A stretch of 64,000 nucleotides of DNA from an uncultured Verrucomicrobiae bacterium (GTDB lineage Bacteria; Verrucomicrobiota; Verrucomicrobiia; Chthoniobacterales; UBA10450): contig CAVWPA010000003.1 of assembly GCA_963756875.1 (NCBI GenBank), positions 768,001-832,000 on the forward strand, given 5' to 3'. Below, piece by piece: positions 45,373 to 55,606 of the stretch. Within the stretch, counting starts at the first letter, position 1; every line of letters begins with the position of its first letter. The notes beneath the pieces were generated by a model. That model was not told the DNA's origin, did not search any database, and was given only the letters and a program-made list of their open reading frames with translations. Position numbers and translations under genes: made by a program.

Positions 45373-45700
45373 ATTATAGGTGTCAAGGAGCTTAGATTGG
45401 GCCAAAATGGGGGAGATTTGATACGCTCCTCGATGGAGCGGGACACCGAAGCCGGGAGCTGCAGATTTTCCGCAACAAATAGAAAAAAGAGAATGCGATT
45501 TCGCTTGCCTCCCTTGGCATTTCTCTAGTAAAAGAAACCCGAGAATTTATAGATAAACAACGGATAATGACCGAAGAATGAGCTTTTCGATGGGGACGGG
45601 TGCATTGCCCCCGTCGTGCGCGTCGCCACAGGAAAAGTTTGTGATTACGACAATGGTACTACAACTGCTAACCTCAACTCTCAACTCGGAAGACCTGTCT

Positions 45701-46993
45701 ATGAGCTGTCGCCCCATCTCCTGCCGCTGCGATCATTTTACCAGCCGAATCGCGCTTTTTGTTTTTGCATTCGTCGCGGCAGCGTCGCTTGCGTATTCGC
45801 AAGATGCGGTTCGCCCCTCTCTCGCAGGCGAAGCGGCTTCCCAGGCGCGGCAGCAAGACATCAGTCGCATTCCCTACAATCTGATGGTCGGTCCCGTCCG
45901 CTTCCGGGTGAGCGCAAGCGTCGGAGCGGAATACAACGACAACGTCAATTACGCAGAGGTTGGTGTCCAGGACGACTTCATCATTAGTCCGAATCTTAAC
46001 GTGGACGCGATCTGGCCAGTGACTCAGCTCAATACGTTGCGCCTCGATCTCGGCCTGGGCTACGCGTTCTATCTGGATCACTCAAATTACGATACCGACA
46101 CGATTCTCATCGCACCTAATTCGCAAGTCGCGTTCGATATTTTCATCGGTGATTTCCGGATCAATATTCATGACCGGATGTCGGTGCAACAGGATCCTGT
46201 TGCGGAAGCCGCGCTAAGTAACGTCGCCAATTACGGCCGGTTCGAAAACACGGCAGGTGTCTCTGTCTTGTGGGACTTGAACAAGATACTGGTGACGGCG
46301 GGGTACGATCATTACAACTTCGTTTCCACCACGTCTCAATTCGATTATTTGAATCGAAACGCCGACATCCTTTCCGGATCGGTTGACTTTCTGGTCACGC
46401 CAACAATCGGCATCGGCCCCGAGGGTAACGTGGTTTTCACGCGTTACAATCAGAGCGCGCTGAACGATAATACAGACTACAGCATAGGCGGTTTCGGCGA
46501 GGCAGAGATCACGAACAACTTAAAAGTCCGAGTGGCCGGCGGTTATCAACACATCGATTTCGACCATAACTACGTTAACTTCTTTGGATTTCTTTTCATG
46601 GATAAGAAGGACGTTTCTAATTATTACGCCAACATTCTGCTCACTCACCGACTTAATGCTACCATCAGCCAGTCGCTCAGCGCGGGTCACGAAAACCAGC
46701 TGGGAGTTAATTCCAACTTCATCGCGCTAAACTACATTCGCCACACCGTGACGTGGAATATTATCCGCAACACGCTGCTCTCCACTGAGTTCTTTTTCGA
46801 GGATGCGAATGAATCCGGCGGCAATATAAACGAGCATTTCCATCGCATCGGTGGTGCACTTACGCTTGGTTATCAGCTGACGCCGCACGTGACTGTTGGC
46901 TTGCGGTATCAGCGTACTTCGAAGGATTCCGATGTCGCTCTGCGCGATTACGACCAAAACCGGGTGTCGGTGGACGGAACATACAGCTTTTAG
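45701..46993 (+). CDS. EPS-associated outer-membrane beta-barrel protein
   Basis: Signal peptide, VGAEYNDNV, many amphipathic strands and C-terminal DYDQNRVSVDGTYSF; first gene of the EPS locus. Confidence 0.85.
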   Translation: MSCRPISCRCDHFTSRIALFVFAFVAAASLAYSQDAVRPSLAGEAASQARQQDISRIPYNLMVGPVRFRVSASVGAEYNDNVNYAEVGVQDDFIISPNLNVDAIWPVTQLNTLRLDLGLGYAFYLDHSNYDTDTILIAPNSQVAFDIFIGDFRINIHDRMSVQQDPVAEAALSNVANYGRFENTAGVSVLWDLNKILVTAGYDHYNFVSTTSQFDYLNRNADILSGSVDFLVTPTIGIGPEGNVVFTRYNQSALNDNTDYSIGGFGEAEITNNLKVRVAGGYQHIDFDHNYVNFFGFLFMDKKDVSNYYANILLTHRLNATISQSLSAGHENQLGVNSNFIALNYIRHTVTWNIIRNTLLSTEFFFEDANESGGNINEHFHRIGGALTLGYQLTPHVTVGLRYQRTSKDSDVALRDYDQNRVSVDGTYSF

Positions 46994-47026
46994 TTCGTTA
47001 ATGGGATTTAAAGGGATGAATTTGGG

Positions 47027-47707
47027 ATGAGAGTTTGTTGTTATGTTTTGACGTGTGTTGTATCGCTTGCCTGGTCCGGATTGCTCCGAGGGCAAGATAA
47101 CACCAGCCCCATCCCGTCCACCGCCAAGTCGCCGTCCGGCGAGCTGTCAACCGACAGCACGGTCATGCGTACCAATTCCATGGCGGTGCTCGACGACAAA
47201 AAGAAGCTCGGGCCCAACGATTATGTCAGCTTCCGCGTAGTCGAAGATCGGGATAACGAATCGCAACGGCTTCGGGTGAACGATAACGGCGAGCTGGAAG
47301 TACCCTACGTCGGGCTCGTACCCGCCGAAGGCAAGTCGTGCAAGGAACTTGCTTACACCATCAAGGGTCTGCTTGAACGAGATTACTATTATCATGCGAC
47401 GGTTATCCTGGCTGTGGACCGCGTGAGCGAAAAATCCCGCGGCCGCGTTTATGTCTATGGTTCCGTCAAAGCCCAAGGCCCGCAGGACATTCCCGCGGAT
47501 GAAAGTTACACCGTCAGTAAGGCCATCATTCGAGCCGGCGGATTTGGCGATTTTGCTAACAAGCGTAAAGTGAAGGTCACGCGCAAAAACGGAAAGGAAT
47601 ACGCGATCGATCTGAAGCGTGTGATTGAGGAAGGGCATACCGACGAAGACATGGTGTTGCAACCCGACGACCAGATTTATGTCCCGCAACGCTTGATCAA
47701 TATGTAG
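47027..47707 (+). CDS. wza: Short polysaccharide export (OPX/Wza-like) protein
   Basis: PES motif (RVNDNGELEVPYVGLVPAEGKS) and one SLBB domain (VYVYGSVKAQG, AIIRAGGF, LQPDDQIYVP). Confidence 0.88.
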   Translation: MRVCCYVLTCVVSLAWSGLLRGQDNTSPIPSTAKSPSGELSTDSTVMRTNSMAVLDDKKKLGPNDYVSFRVVEDRDNESQRLRVNDNGELEVPYVGLVPAEGKSCKELAYTIKGLLERDYYYHATVILAVDRVSEKSRGRVYVYGSVKAQGPQDIPADESYTVSKAIIRAGGFGDFANKRKVKVTRKNGKEYAIDLKRVIEEGHTDEDMVLQPDDQIYVPQRLINM

Positions 47708-47709
47708 GT

Positions 47710-49860
47710 ATGACCGCACCCATAGCCGAAAAGACCATTTCCGGGTCCTGGTCCACTTCTTTCATCACGCGATTGCACCGCTACAAGGCGCTGCTCATCC
47801 GCCGGTGGTGGATTCCTGTGCTGACCGTCTGTCTCGGCCTCTTCGTCGAGGCTTGGCTCATTTACCAGACGCCGCCTTCGTTCCTTTCCACCAGCAAAAT
47901 GATGTTGGCCGGGAAACTGAACATCGCTCAGGGCGCCGTTTATAGCGAAGACAGCGTGAACTTCTACGGAACCCAAATTCAGCTCATGCAAAGCGCGGAA
48001 GTAAAGCGCGACGCGGAAGCGCTGGTGCGTTCCACTCACCCCGAAATGCAGCAGGTGCCAGTCGAACTGGGCGTGGTGCAACGGCCGCGCACCTCCATCT
48101 TCGAGCTTTCAGCGATTGGGAGCGCCGCGGATTACACACAAGCTTATCTCAATGCGGTCATGCAGAAGTACCTCGATTTCAAAAAGGGGATGCGTGAAGA
48201 CCGGGGCCACGAAATTACGACTGGCATCACCGAGCAGCTGATCCAGGTCGAAAAGGATTTGCGCAGCGCCGAAGACGAAATGCTCGAGTTCCAAAAGGAA
48301 AATAACATCGGATTTATCCAGGAGGAAGGAAACAGCGCCGCCGCCTATCTGGTTAAGCTGAATCGCGAATACGCCTCTCTCAAAACAGAGTATGATCTGC
48401 TCAACCTGCTTGATCTGGACCAGAATCTCGATCGGGCGCAGAGCAGATCGGAAGCTTCGTCGGACGTGCAGGGTGGAGGCGAAGACAAGGGGCTGCCGTT
48501 TTCAGATGTTGGCCCGGAAGCCGATTACCTGAAGGCGAAACAGCAGGTGCAATTGTTGAAGGCGGAGCGCGATACGCTCGCGAAGGATCTTCGGCCGAAG
48601 CATCCCAAAATCATCAAGCTCAACGACGAGATTTCCAAACAGGAAAAGCTAATTCAGCTCTTCCGCGCAGACACGATTGAAAAACTCCAGACGCGCCGCG
48701 AATCCATCGGCAAACAGATGGAAAACTTGCAGTCCAACATCAAGGAGTGGGAGACCAAGGCGCTCGATCTCAGTCAACGGCTCGCTCAGTTCAACCGCAT
48801 CAAGGGAAAAGTTGATCGACTGAAAACCCTATATGATCGGCTGACAAATAACCTGAAAGAAGTCGATGTTTCGCAGGTTGTTGGTGGCGAAGATCAGGTT
48901 TCCATCATGGAAATGGCGACCCCTCCCGTCTCCGTGCGGCCGGGACTGATCAAAAGCCTGCTGATCGGCTTTGGCGGCGGCGCGCTCGCGGGAATTGGCA
49001 TCCTGATCCTGCTCGATCGCATCGACGACCGGATGTCGTCCTTTACCGAGTTCCAGCGCCATTTCTCAGAGAGCGTTCTCGGTCAGATCCCGAAAGAAAA
49101 AGTGAAGGGAAAAGTGAGTTTGCTGCAGCCGGACGACGCGCGGCACGTCTTCGCGGAGTCCTATCGAAACATTCGCTCATCAATTTTCTTCATGCCGTAC
49201 GAAGGACCGCGCCCCAAAGCGCTTCTAGTGACAAGCGCCGTTCCGAACGAAGGAAAGTCGACGGTCTCGGCCAATCTCGCCATTACCATGGCTCTTTCGG
49301 GTGCGCGTACATTGTTGATCGATGCTGATCTGCGGCGTGGCGCTTTGCGCGAGACTTTTGGAATCGCATCCAGGATTGGATTTTCCGAGGTCCTCAAGCA
49401 GGAGGTCAACTGGCGCGAAGTCGTTGTGCCCACGGCGTACCCCAACCTCTTTCTGCTAACACGCGGCCGGACCCTGTCGCAGCCGAGCGAACATCTCTTG
49501 CGCGATTCAACCGACGCCTTGCTGAAGGAAATCTACCAGAATTACGATTATGTGATCATCGACAGCTCGCCGGTCCTGGCGGCCGATGACACCACGAGCC
49601 TGGCGCCGAAAATCGATGCCACGCTTTTTGTGGCGCGCATTGGCTACACGTCGGCACGTTTGGTCAGAAAGGGGCTTGAGTTGCTTTACGATCGCCAGGT
49701 GAACGTCCCAGGCGTCATCCTCAACTTCGTCGATACATCGCTGCCGGAGTACTATTACTACCAGTATTCGGAATACTACAACCTTCCCACCGCCGCGGCC
49801 GACGAGCCGGAGGTGAAGGCTTTCCCTCGCGAAGAGGCCCATCACGTCCCGCCTTCTTAG
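47710..49860 (+). CDS. wzc: Polysaccharide co-polymerase / tyrosine autokinase
   Basis: Two transmembrane helices with a coiled-coil periplasmic region, ESYRNIRS, TSAVPNEGKST, LIDADLRRG, IIDSSPV and Tyr cluster EYYYYQYSEYY. Confidence 0.95.
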   Translation: MTAPIAEKTISGSWSTSFITRLHRYKALLIRRWWIPVLTVCLGLFVEAWLIYQTPPSFLSTSKMMLAGKLNIAQGAVYSEDSVNFYGTQIQLMQSAEVKRDAEALVRSTHPEMQQVPVELGVVQRPRTSIFELSAIGSAADYTQAYLNAVMQKYLDFKKGMREDRGHEITTGITEQLIQVEKDLRSAEDEMLEFQKENNIGFIQEEGNSAAAYLVKLNREYASLKTEYDLLNLLDLDQNLDRAQSRSEASSDVQGGGEDKGLPFSDVGPEADYLKAKQQVQLLKAERDTLAKDLRPKHPKIIKLNDEISKQEKLIQLFRADTIEKLQTRRESIGKQMENLQSNIKEWETKALDLSQRLAQFNRIKGKVDRLKTLYDRLTNNLKEVDVSQVVGGEDQVSIMEMATPPVSVRPGLIKSLLIGFGGGALAGIGILILLDRIDDRMSSFTEFQRHFSESVLGQIPKEKVKGKVSLLQPDDARHVFAESYRNIRSSIFFMPYEGPRPKALLVTSAVPNEGKSTVSANLAITMALSGARTLLIDADLRRGALRETFGIASRIGFSEVLKQEVNWREVVVPTAYPNLFLLTRGRTLSQPSEHLLRDSTDALLKEIYQNYDYVIIDSSPVLAADDTTSLAPKIDATLFVARIGYTSARLVRKGLELLYDRQVNVPGVILNFVDTSLPEYYYYQYSEYYNLPTAAADEPEVKAFPREEAHHVPPS

Positions 49861-50060
49861 GCGTTGGTGAATCCACGGTCCCGTCCGCGAGTCGGAATGC
49901 GGGCTTCGGAGCCATTGCTCTGGCAGTTTCTTCGCGGCGGGGTTGCCACCCGGTAAATAATTTGTCTTGGCACTTCAGCAGCTAGTTGCACTGTTGTGCA
50001 ACGCACGGGCCCATGAGCTTTTTCGGATCGATTTCGACGCCGGTTCTGGACGAAAATTCA

Positions 50061-51332
50061 ATGCCCATCATTCGGCGCACCCTTCATCGTGCCCGTATCA
50101 TCGGGAATTTCGCCCTGGTCCAGGGGATTGTTCAGGTCGTTGGTTTCATGAGCGGGATTCTCCTCGTCCGCACTTTGGAGCAGCGCGAGTACGTGTACTT
50201 CACCATCGCCAACACGATGCAGGGAACAATCAATCTCCTTGCCGATATTGGAATTAGCGTCGGTTTGGTCTCCATCGGCGGCCGGGTTTGGCAGGATCGA
50301 CACCGATTCGGTCAACTCATCAACACGGCCCTGAGCATTCGAAAAAAACTGGGCGTGGTCGTTGTCCTTGCCGTGACTCCGATCATGTACCTCATGCTGG
50401 CGAAGAATGGCGCCTCTCTTTCTTACACCGCGCTCTTGATCTTCGTGGTTCTAATCGGACTCGTCTTTCAGCTGTCTATCGGCGTCTTCGGCGTCGTGCC
50501 ACGACTGCGCGCAGACATCGGCAAAATCCAAATAATCGATTTCACGGGTGCGGCGGTCCGGCTTTTGGTCCTGATCGGATTGGTTTTCGTTTTTCTGAAC
50601 GCAGGCGTGGCCGTTGCGGTCGCTTCGGCCGTCGCCTTCCTGCAATACGCGATGTTGCGAAAATATGCCCGCGGAGTAATCGACCTCGGTGCCAGTCAAA
50701 ATGAAGAAGATCGCCGGGAGATCGTCCGGTTAATCAAACACCTTGCCGCCAACTCCGTTTTTTACTGTTTTCAGGGACAGGTCACTATTTTTCTTATTAG
50801 CTTTTTCGCCCATCGCACTTCTTCCGTCGCCGAAGTGGGAGCGCTCGGTCGCCTGGCGATGATTTTCTCAATAATCACGAATCTGCTTACAAATATCTTT
50901 GTTCCTGCGTTTGCCCGTTGCCAAAACGAGCGAAAGCTGCGCTGGCTTTATGCCGCGATTGTCGGAGGCGTTGCCGCTTTCAGCTTAACGATTGTTTTTG
51001 GAGCATGGGTTTTTCCACGCGAATTTCTGTTTATTCTCGGCAATAAATATTCGCACCTCGATCGCGAATTGCTTTTCATGGTTGGCGGCGCCGTTCTTTC
51101 CGCTCTCACTGGGACATTCTGGGCTCTCAACGCTTCCAAAGCATGGGTGGCCGGCGCCTGGCTTTACATCCCGCTGACTCTGGCGACCCAAGTTGCGCTC
51201 ATCCCTTACACCGACTTTTCGAGCGTGAGCGGTGTTCTCATATTTAATCTGCTGTCCGCCATTCCGAATCTTCTGCTCAACCTTGTCCTAAGCTATCGCG
51301 GCTTCCTTTCTCTGCGCACCGCGCAAGTGTAG
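50061..51332 (+). CDS. wzx: Wzx-like polysaccharide flippase
   Basis: About 12 hydrophobic segments, a MOP-family N-terminus (GILLVRTL...YVYF...LADIGIS) and EPS context. The start may be 50013. Confidence 0.8.
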   Translation: MPIIRRTLHRARIIGNFALVQGIVQVVGFMSGILLVRTLEQREYVYFTIANTMQGTINLLADIGISVGLVSIGGRVWQDRHRFGQLINTALSIRKKLGVVVVLAVTPIMYLMLAKNGASLSYTALLIFVVLIGLVFQLSIGVFGVVPRLRADIGKIQIIDFTGAAVRLLVLIGLVFVFLNAGVAVAVASAVAFLQYAMLRKYARGVIDLGASQNEEDRREIVRLIKHLAANSVFYCFQGQVTIFLISFFAHRTSSVAEVGALGRLAMIFSIITNLLTNIFVPAFARCQNERKLRWLYAAIVGGVAAFSLTIVFGAWVFPREFLFILGNKYSHLDRELLFMVGGAVLSALTGTFWALNASKAWVAGAWLYIPLTLATQVALIPYTDFSSVSGVLIFNLLSAIPNLLLNLVLSYRGFLSLRTAQV

Positions 51333-51335
51333 CTG

Positions 51336-52175
51336 ATGCCAAACTTCGGTTATCATCTGGCTCGTCTGAAGGGAAATTTACGGCGACGAATCTATCGCGC
51401 GCTTCTGCCATGGATCGTGGACCGGCCGGTGAATCCGTCGCGATCGATCGCGCTCGATGTCTTTTCCTATTCTGGCGAAAACACGGTGCCCGAACAAATT
51501 GCTTCGATCCGCTCCTTCCTTCGTCATATCGGCCGTCCCAGAAGATTTACTGTCGTTTCCGATGGATCGCATTCGGATCGAAGCGTGCGTTTGCTAAAAG
51601 GCGCCGACGCGTGCGTTACGGTGCGCTTATCAAAACCATCGGCACCGGATGCTTTGCCTGAGAAGTTTCGGCGCTATCTTGAAACGCACGCAACCGGAAA
51701 GCAATTGGCACTTATCATGTCGCTGCCCGAAGACGGTCCATCCTTGTATGTCGATTCAGATGTTCTTTTCTTTGACGGTGGCGCGGATCTGATTGCCCGA
51801 GCCGCGGATAAGGATGTCCCGGCTTATTACCTCTTGGATTGCCAATTTTCCGGCGATTCACGCCTCTTGCGCGGCGCAAATGAGCAAACTGAACCCGTAA
51901 ATACCGGTGTCCTGCTCTTATTTGATCGGCTCGATTGGTCGCCTGGTGTCCGTCGATTTCTCGAACTGGAAGGGGAACCGAATTTTTTCACGAATCAAAC
52001 GCTGACTCATATCGCCATGCACGCGAATGGAGCCCGGTACTTCGATCCGGCGAAGTACGTGTTGCAATTGGACGATCAGTTTATTTATCCGGACCGGTAC
52101 GTCGGTGCGCCCCTGGCTTTACGTCATTACGTTAATCCTGTTCGACATAAGTTTTGGAACAGCCTGAGATTTTGA
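51336..52175 (+). CDS. GT-A fold glycosyltransferase (nucleotide-diphospho-sugar transferase)
   Basis: LYVDSDVLFF DxD motif, VNTGVLL, NQT and C-terminal RHYVNP. Confidence 0.75.
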   Translation: MPNFGYHLARLKGNLRRRIYRALLPWIVDRPVNPSRSIALDVFSYSGENTVPEQIASIRSFLRHIGRPRRFTVVSDGSHSDRSVRLLKGADACVTVRLSKPSAPDALPEKFRRYLETHATGKQLALIMSLPEDGPSLYVDSDVLFFDGGADLIARAADKDVPAYYLLDCQFSGDSRLLRGANEQTEPVNTGVLLLFDRLDWSPGVRRFLELEGEPNFFTNQTLTHIAMHANGARYFDPAKYVLQLDDQFIYPDRYVGAPLALRHYVNPVRHKFWNSLRF

Positions 52176-52183
52176 AAAGGACG

Positions 52184-54505
52184 ATGTCTGTGCCCCGGCC
52201 ATTACGAATTCTGTTGGTGGTTAACCTGGAGTGGAACCCGCGCCTCGGGGCTATTCGTGTTTATATGGAGCTCGCCGAACAATGGCGCGCGGCTGGCCAT
52301 TCGGTCGAGCATTTCAGTTTGTCGGAGGCGTTTCCGGGCGCCCGATCTTCGCCGGCAGGATTCGCCATTCGACAGCTTTCGTTTGCCTACAAGGCGGCAG
52401 CCTTTGTCAGAAAAAATGGCGCAAACTTTGACGCGATCGACGCGTTGATTGGTTCGCTGCCGGTGTCGAAGCAAAAGCTTGGCTTCAATGGTTTGCTCGT
52501 GGCCCGCTCGGTCGGATTATATCGGCTCTACGATCGTTTCGAACAAAGCGCGAAACGACGCTGGCCGCCTCGGTCGCGTGGGAAGTTCCTGGGGAGGATT
52601 TTTTACAGTCTAATCAGACGATGGACCATTCGTGCTTGCGATCGGGCAGTCAGGCACGCCGATTTGATCAACGTGCCTAACAAGAGCGAAGCGGAGTGTC
52701 TTCGCCGGGAAGTCGGCCCCGATGCGCGAGTGCTGGTGCAACCTTATGGCGTTACCGATGATCGTCGCCGCTCTCTTTTCAAGGCCGCTGCTGCGGCAGC
52801 GAATCGGTTGGCGGGAAAAAGAATCAGCTTTATTGGAATGTGGGCGCCGCGCAAAGGATCGCAAAATTGGGCGAACATCATCCGCCGGATTCGGGAGAAA
52901 ATTCCGGACGCTCAATTCTCTCTGTTTGGAACGATGGTGGATGCGAGCGCAGTTTCGGCAGACTTGGATTCACTCGACGGAATCGAATTAATCTCCGAAT
53001 ACTCTCCGGAGGACCTGCCCGGATTGCTCTCGAATTGCGCCGTTGGGGCGTTTCCAAGTTACGTCGAGGGTTTTGGGTTGGCTGTTCTGGAACAGCTGGC
53101 CGCGGGGATCCCCACCGTCGCCTTCGACATACCCGGGCCGCATGATGTTCTGAATGAGCGTTTGTCCGAGCTGCTGGTTCCACCCGGGGACGTGGAAAGA
53201 TTTGCCGCCGCGATCTACGAGGTTCTTACGCTTGCTCCGGATGCCTACGAAAACCTGTCGAAGCGCAGCGTGGACGCTGCCGCTTCTTTTAATTGGTCGG
53301 TCATCGCCCGGGATACAGTTTCCGAGTATCGAAAACAACTGCGTGAACTCCGAAAAATCCTGTTCGTTCAGCCTTTCAGTCTTGGCTCGGCTGGCGGCGG
53401 CGGCGCTCGCATTCTTCGGGCACTGCTGAATCGGGCTCCCGTTGGCTGGCATAGCATTTGTTGTTCGCCACGACGCCCTAAGCCGTGGCCTAACGAAACC
53501 CATCTTCCAGACCGGCCGTCGTGGGGAAAGATTGAAACGAGCCGCTTTTCAAGATTTCCAAAAATGACGACGCCTCTCTTTGCGCCCAGTTTCCGGCGAC
53601 GTTTGAAAGCACTTTGCGAAAACATGAACGTGCGGGCTATCCACACAGTTCCGCATTCCGGGATCGATTTCGCCCAGGCGCAGACCGTTGCACGCGAGCT
53701 TTCTCTCCCATTCTTTATCAGCCTGCATGACGATCTCGCTTACACCGCTGCCGCCGAGGCGAATAGCGCCGTTCGCGAGCCGGCCATGCGCGAAGCCTGG
53801 CTGAAGGCCGACGCCAGGTTTGTGATTTCAGAAGCGCTTGGCCGCGAATATTCGCATCGCTACGGAGCGCGAGAGTACAGCGTCGTAACCGATGGTTTGA
53901 CCGAGGTGCACGGGTATCGGGAAAGACCAGAGACCGCCGTTTGGCGGATTTATTTTATGGGACTTTTCCATCTGGACTACGAATTCAATCTGCGAGCGTT
54001 TCTCGAAGCGCTGAATATTTTTGAGCGCGAGCATCCCGGTGCGACCACGAGCATGACTTGCCGATGCGAATATATTCGACCGCACGTTTGGAAGGGGATC
54101 AAGCAGATCAACGTATTGCCGTTTGCCGATGAGGCGCAGATCCAACGCGACATGCAGTCAGCCGATCTCCTTTACATGCCGATGCCTTTTGGGCCGGAGC
54201 ACGAAAATTTCGCGCGTTACAGCGTCTCTACGAAGATGGTGACTTATGTCGGCAGTGGGATCCCAATTATCTATCATGGCCCCACGGCCTCAGCGGCGTT
54301 CGATCTTTTGCACAGGAATCGCGCCGCGATTTTCCTTAACACGCTCGATCCTTCGGAGATTGCCAAATCGCTCGCCCAAATGACGGCCGCCCAGTGTTCC
54401 GAGGTGGCGACGAATGCGGGTTTGATGGCCCGTCGCGAGTTCATGCTGGCGGATCAAACACAGGAATTTTGGGGAACGATCTGCCGCAATGTGGAATTTC
54501 AATGA
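52184..54505 (+). CDS. Two-module GT4-like glycosyltransferase fusion
   Basis: Module 1 has FPSYVEGFGLAVLEQLAAGIP. Module 2 starts at KILFVQPF and has STKMVTYVGSGIPII. Confidence 0.88.
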   Translation: MSVPRPLRILLVVNLEWNPRLGAIRVYMELAEQWRAAGHSVEHFSLSEAFPGARSSPAGFAIRQLSFAYKAAAFVRKNGANFDAIDALIGSLPVSKQKLGFNGLLVARSVGLYRLYDRFEQSAKRRWPPRSRGKFLGRIFYSLIRRWTIRACDRAVRHADLINVPNKSEAECLRREVGPDARVLVQPYGVTDDRRRSLFKAAAAAANRLAGKRISFIGMWAPRKGSQNWANIIRRIREKIPDAQFSLFGTMVDASAVSADLDSLDGIELISEYSPEDLPGLLSNCAVGAFPSYVEGFGLAVLEQLAAGIPTVAFDIPGPHDVLNERLSELLVPPGDVERFAAAIYEVLTLAPDAYENLSKRSVDAAASFNWSVIARDTVSEYRKQLRELRKILFVQPFSLGSAGGGGARILRALLNRAPVGWHSICCSPRRPKPWPNETHLPDRPSWGKIETSRFSRFPKMTTPLFAPSFRRRLKALCENMNVRAIHTVPHSGIDFAQAQTVARELSLPFFISLHDDLAYTAAAEANSAVREPAMREAWLKADARFVISEALGREYSHRYGAREYSVVTDGLTEVHGYRERPETAVWRIYFMGLFHLDYEFNLRAFLEALNIFEREHPGATTSMTCRCEYIRPHVWKGIKQINVLPFADEAQIQRDMQSADLLYMPMPFGPEHENFARYSVSTKMVTYVGSGIPIIYHGPTASAAFDLLHRNRAAIFLNTLDPSEIAKSLAQMTAAQCSEVATNAGLMARREFMLADQTQEFWGTICRNVEFQ

Positions 54506-55606
54506 AGGAACTCCCGCTCGCCATCATCACGACGCGGCTGCCACCGCAAGTATGCGGTGTCGGTACCTACAGTTGGCTGTTACATCAGCATTGGCCGGTT
54601 GATAGCTTGCAAACTCAGTTTCTTGTTATCGATGGCGCGGCCCGGTCTATAGCAGAGCTTCATTACGCTGGGATTTCGGAATTCCACGCCAGGCCGCGTG
54701 AACTTTCCCATCAACTGGAGCGCGTCGGTGCTGCGAAAGTGGTGTTGCATTACGCCGGCCGCGCGTATCAGCGATACGCCTGTCCGATCTGGTTCCCGCG
54801 CGTGTTGCGGAACTGGAAGGCGAAATTTTCGAGCGCGCGTTTGCTGGTTGTTTTTCACGAGTTGCCCGGCGACTTTCCTATTACCTCGCGGTATTTTTGG
54901 ATCGATATGTGCAATCGGGGCGTCATCCGGAAACTTGCCGCGCTCGCAGATGTGATTGTAACCAATACCGACGACCACTTACGCAAGATTGAGGCGATTT
55001 CCAAACGACGCGACGTGCATGTCGTTCCGGTAGGATCTAACATCGAGGCGATCGATGCCCTGCCAGAAGAAAAAGCGCGGACCGAGTTTGTCATTTTTGG
55101 ATTACCATTTGGCCGTTGGCAAACCCTGCGGATGTTTGCGGCGGAGATCGGCTCCTGGCAGCAAAGCGGTCGATTGACGAAACTGCACCTTGTCGGCCCA
55201 CGCGATGAGAAATTCGACCTGCGTTCCGATCGATTGATTGCCGGGTGGCCGAGGCCTTCCATGATTGTTCGTCATGGGTTACTGCCTTCCGTTGAAGTTT
55301 CGAAAGTACCTCGGCCGAGTGAGATACGGCCTAACCAATGTGACGGTCGAGAACTGGAGCAAGTCTGCAGTGTTTATGGCCTGCGCGTCGCATGGCTGCG
55401 CCGTCGTTTGTAAAGCAAGGCCCGAACAGCCGCCGCTGTGCTTTACAGTTGCGGCTGACGAAGTTGCGACCATCCCTGACCGCGATCTGGCCGATCGGAC
55501 ACGATCTCTTAAAGAATGGTATGCTCGAAACGCGGACTGGAACGTTATCGCTGGAAAAATCTCGGCGCTGCTGGCCAACAATGTCGAGAGGGGGGGCAAC
55601 CTGTGA
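54502..55606 (+). CDS. GT-B glycosyltransferase-like protein; frameshift near 55305
   Basis: PPQVCGVGTYS, LHYAGRAY, VVFHE and VPVGSNI; C-terminus WSKSAVFMACASHG is in the adjacent frame. Confidence 0.75.
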
